DNA of 63,052 nt, the filler included, from Collodictyon triciliatum (Eukaryota): the NCBI GenBank assembly GCA_043381765.1. It is 6 parts of 6 records of this genome, joined end to end, with 100 filler letters (N's around TTAATTAATTAA, not from the genome) between each part and the next. Parts side by side here need not be neighbours in the genome. Positions count along the whole stretch, not along the records: positions 52,651 to 63,052 come from JBHJMP010002688.1; 5 more parts are not named here. One strand, written 5' to 3'. Every line of letters begins with the position of its first letter. The first letter of the stretch is position 1. The notes beneath the pieces were generated by a model. It worked only from the letters and a program-made list of their open reading frames with translations, did not search any database and had not been told where the DNA came from. Positions 62,001-63,052 of the stretch are shown one piece after another. The position numbers and the translations under genes were made by a program.

Positions 62001-62866
62001 TGATGAAAACGAAATTATGGTTACAGCTCCAGTGCAGAATTTGAACTGAAGTACAATATATATATGCATCAATAGACAGATTTGAGTATCAAACCCTTTA
62101 TCCATATTCCATTTCTGAAGAATCGCACTGTGTTCTGTGTCATTCTTTCTGATTGTTTTGACGATATTTGAGAGAACAGACTTAATCACAGCAGACTTCT
62201 GCTGCAGCTGAGTTTCATACGGGATTCTCCATGTGGGAGTAACCACATCTGCGGCCGTCTTGTTTGGAATTACGGACTCAGCCAAAGTCTGTGTATTTTC
62301 TTTGGTTCCGTCTCCATCCCTGCTCTTCTTGGAGGATGCTAAGCAGCATTTGTGTCAGAGAAAACCAGCATATACGTATTCAAGGAAACGATTGAGATAA
62401 TCTGAAATGGACCCGCTGAAACCTTCGCTTTCTCCCTCAGAACGCCGCTTTGCGGATGAGCCCAAGACACCGCCTTTCTTTGCGAATCTAGCCTCCAACT
62501 TGAGCCCTTCAAAGTCCTTCCCATGAATCAACCCTATTGCTTTCTCGGCATCCTCTCTTGTCTGTGCGATGCAATACAAAGGATTCGGGTTTGTATATGA
62601 TGCAATGAGTTTAGTTGCTGCGCATACAGGCAACATTTGCGAAATAAGAAGGCTTTCGAGAGGCATATTTCGTTATGTTTGGATACGTGAACCTGGAGGG
62701 TAAGGTGAGCAAAAGCCACTCCGTTTGGTTTGTTGAGTTTGCCGGAAGGAACGCCCCAGTCTTGGAAGGCGCGCTGGATGCGGTTGGCCTTGGCGTACGA
62801 TTTGAAGTTGAAGACAAAGATTTTGGTGTTGTCCGGGTCGTCGGCCTTATCGGTTGTCGCTTCCAT
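59051..62866 (-). CDS. TRMT2A: tRNA (uracil-54-C5)-methyltransferase TRMT2A/Trm2 homolog with N-terminal RRM
   Basis: DVVTPTWRIPYETQL, YRNKNEFTIG, FQISPGAFFQVNT, LDVCCGTGTIG, VDPPRSG, VYVSCNP, AVDLFPHTKHCE. Confidence 0.95.
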
Positions 62867-63052
62867 TTTATTCTGCTTGTAAATTGATATAAAAATATGA
62901 TAACAAGAGGACGAATACATGGGTATTGTAGAGGGTTTTCTATTGCTTTTGTTTTGTTCTTTTTTGTTTTTTTGTTTTTTTTTTGTTTTTTGTTTTTTGT
63001 TTTTTGTTTTTTGTTTTTTGTTTTTTGTTTTTTGTTTTTTGTTTTTTGTTTT

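Overview
Eukaryotic, intron-rich DNA, probably from a flagellated, mitochondriate protist, using the standard genetic code. The window is not one locus. It is six unrelated contigs of about 10.4 kb, joined by artificial 100-bp N44-TTAATTAATTAA-N44 linkers at 10416, 21027, 31536, 42047 and 52551. Genes spliced together by eye: centrin (last exon), a TOG/HEAT protein, a small PH-domain protein, tRNA-Val(CAC), two paralogous LRR gene pieces, a decayed L1/Tx1-type RT fragment, a possible eIF4E-binding protein, TAF1B/Rrn7, an LRR multi-pass membrane receptor, RPB1 with 27 CTD heptads, a 2.7-kaa NACHT-like/pentapeptide/WD40/Sel1 protein, PRELI/Slowmo, cyclin C, a GT-C-like membrane protein and TRMT2A. 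The most striking feature lies inside the LRR receptor (26054-27642). It is a tandem array of 12 (+1 diverged) symmetric 69-nt exons, each encoding one LRR, with a near-invariant scaffold and a hypervariable, mosaic ligand-binding face. This is a candidate exon-cassette receptor-diversification system.
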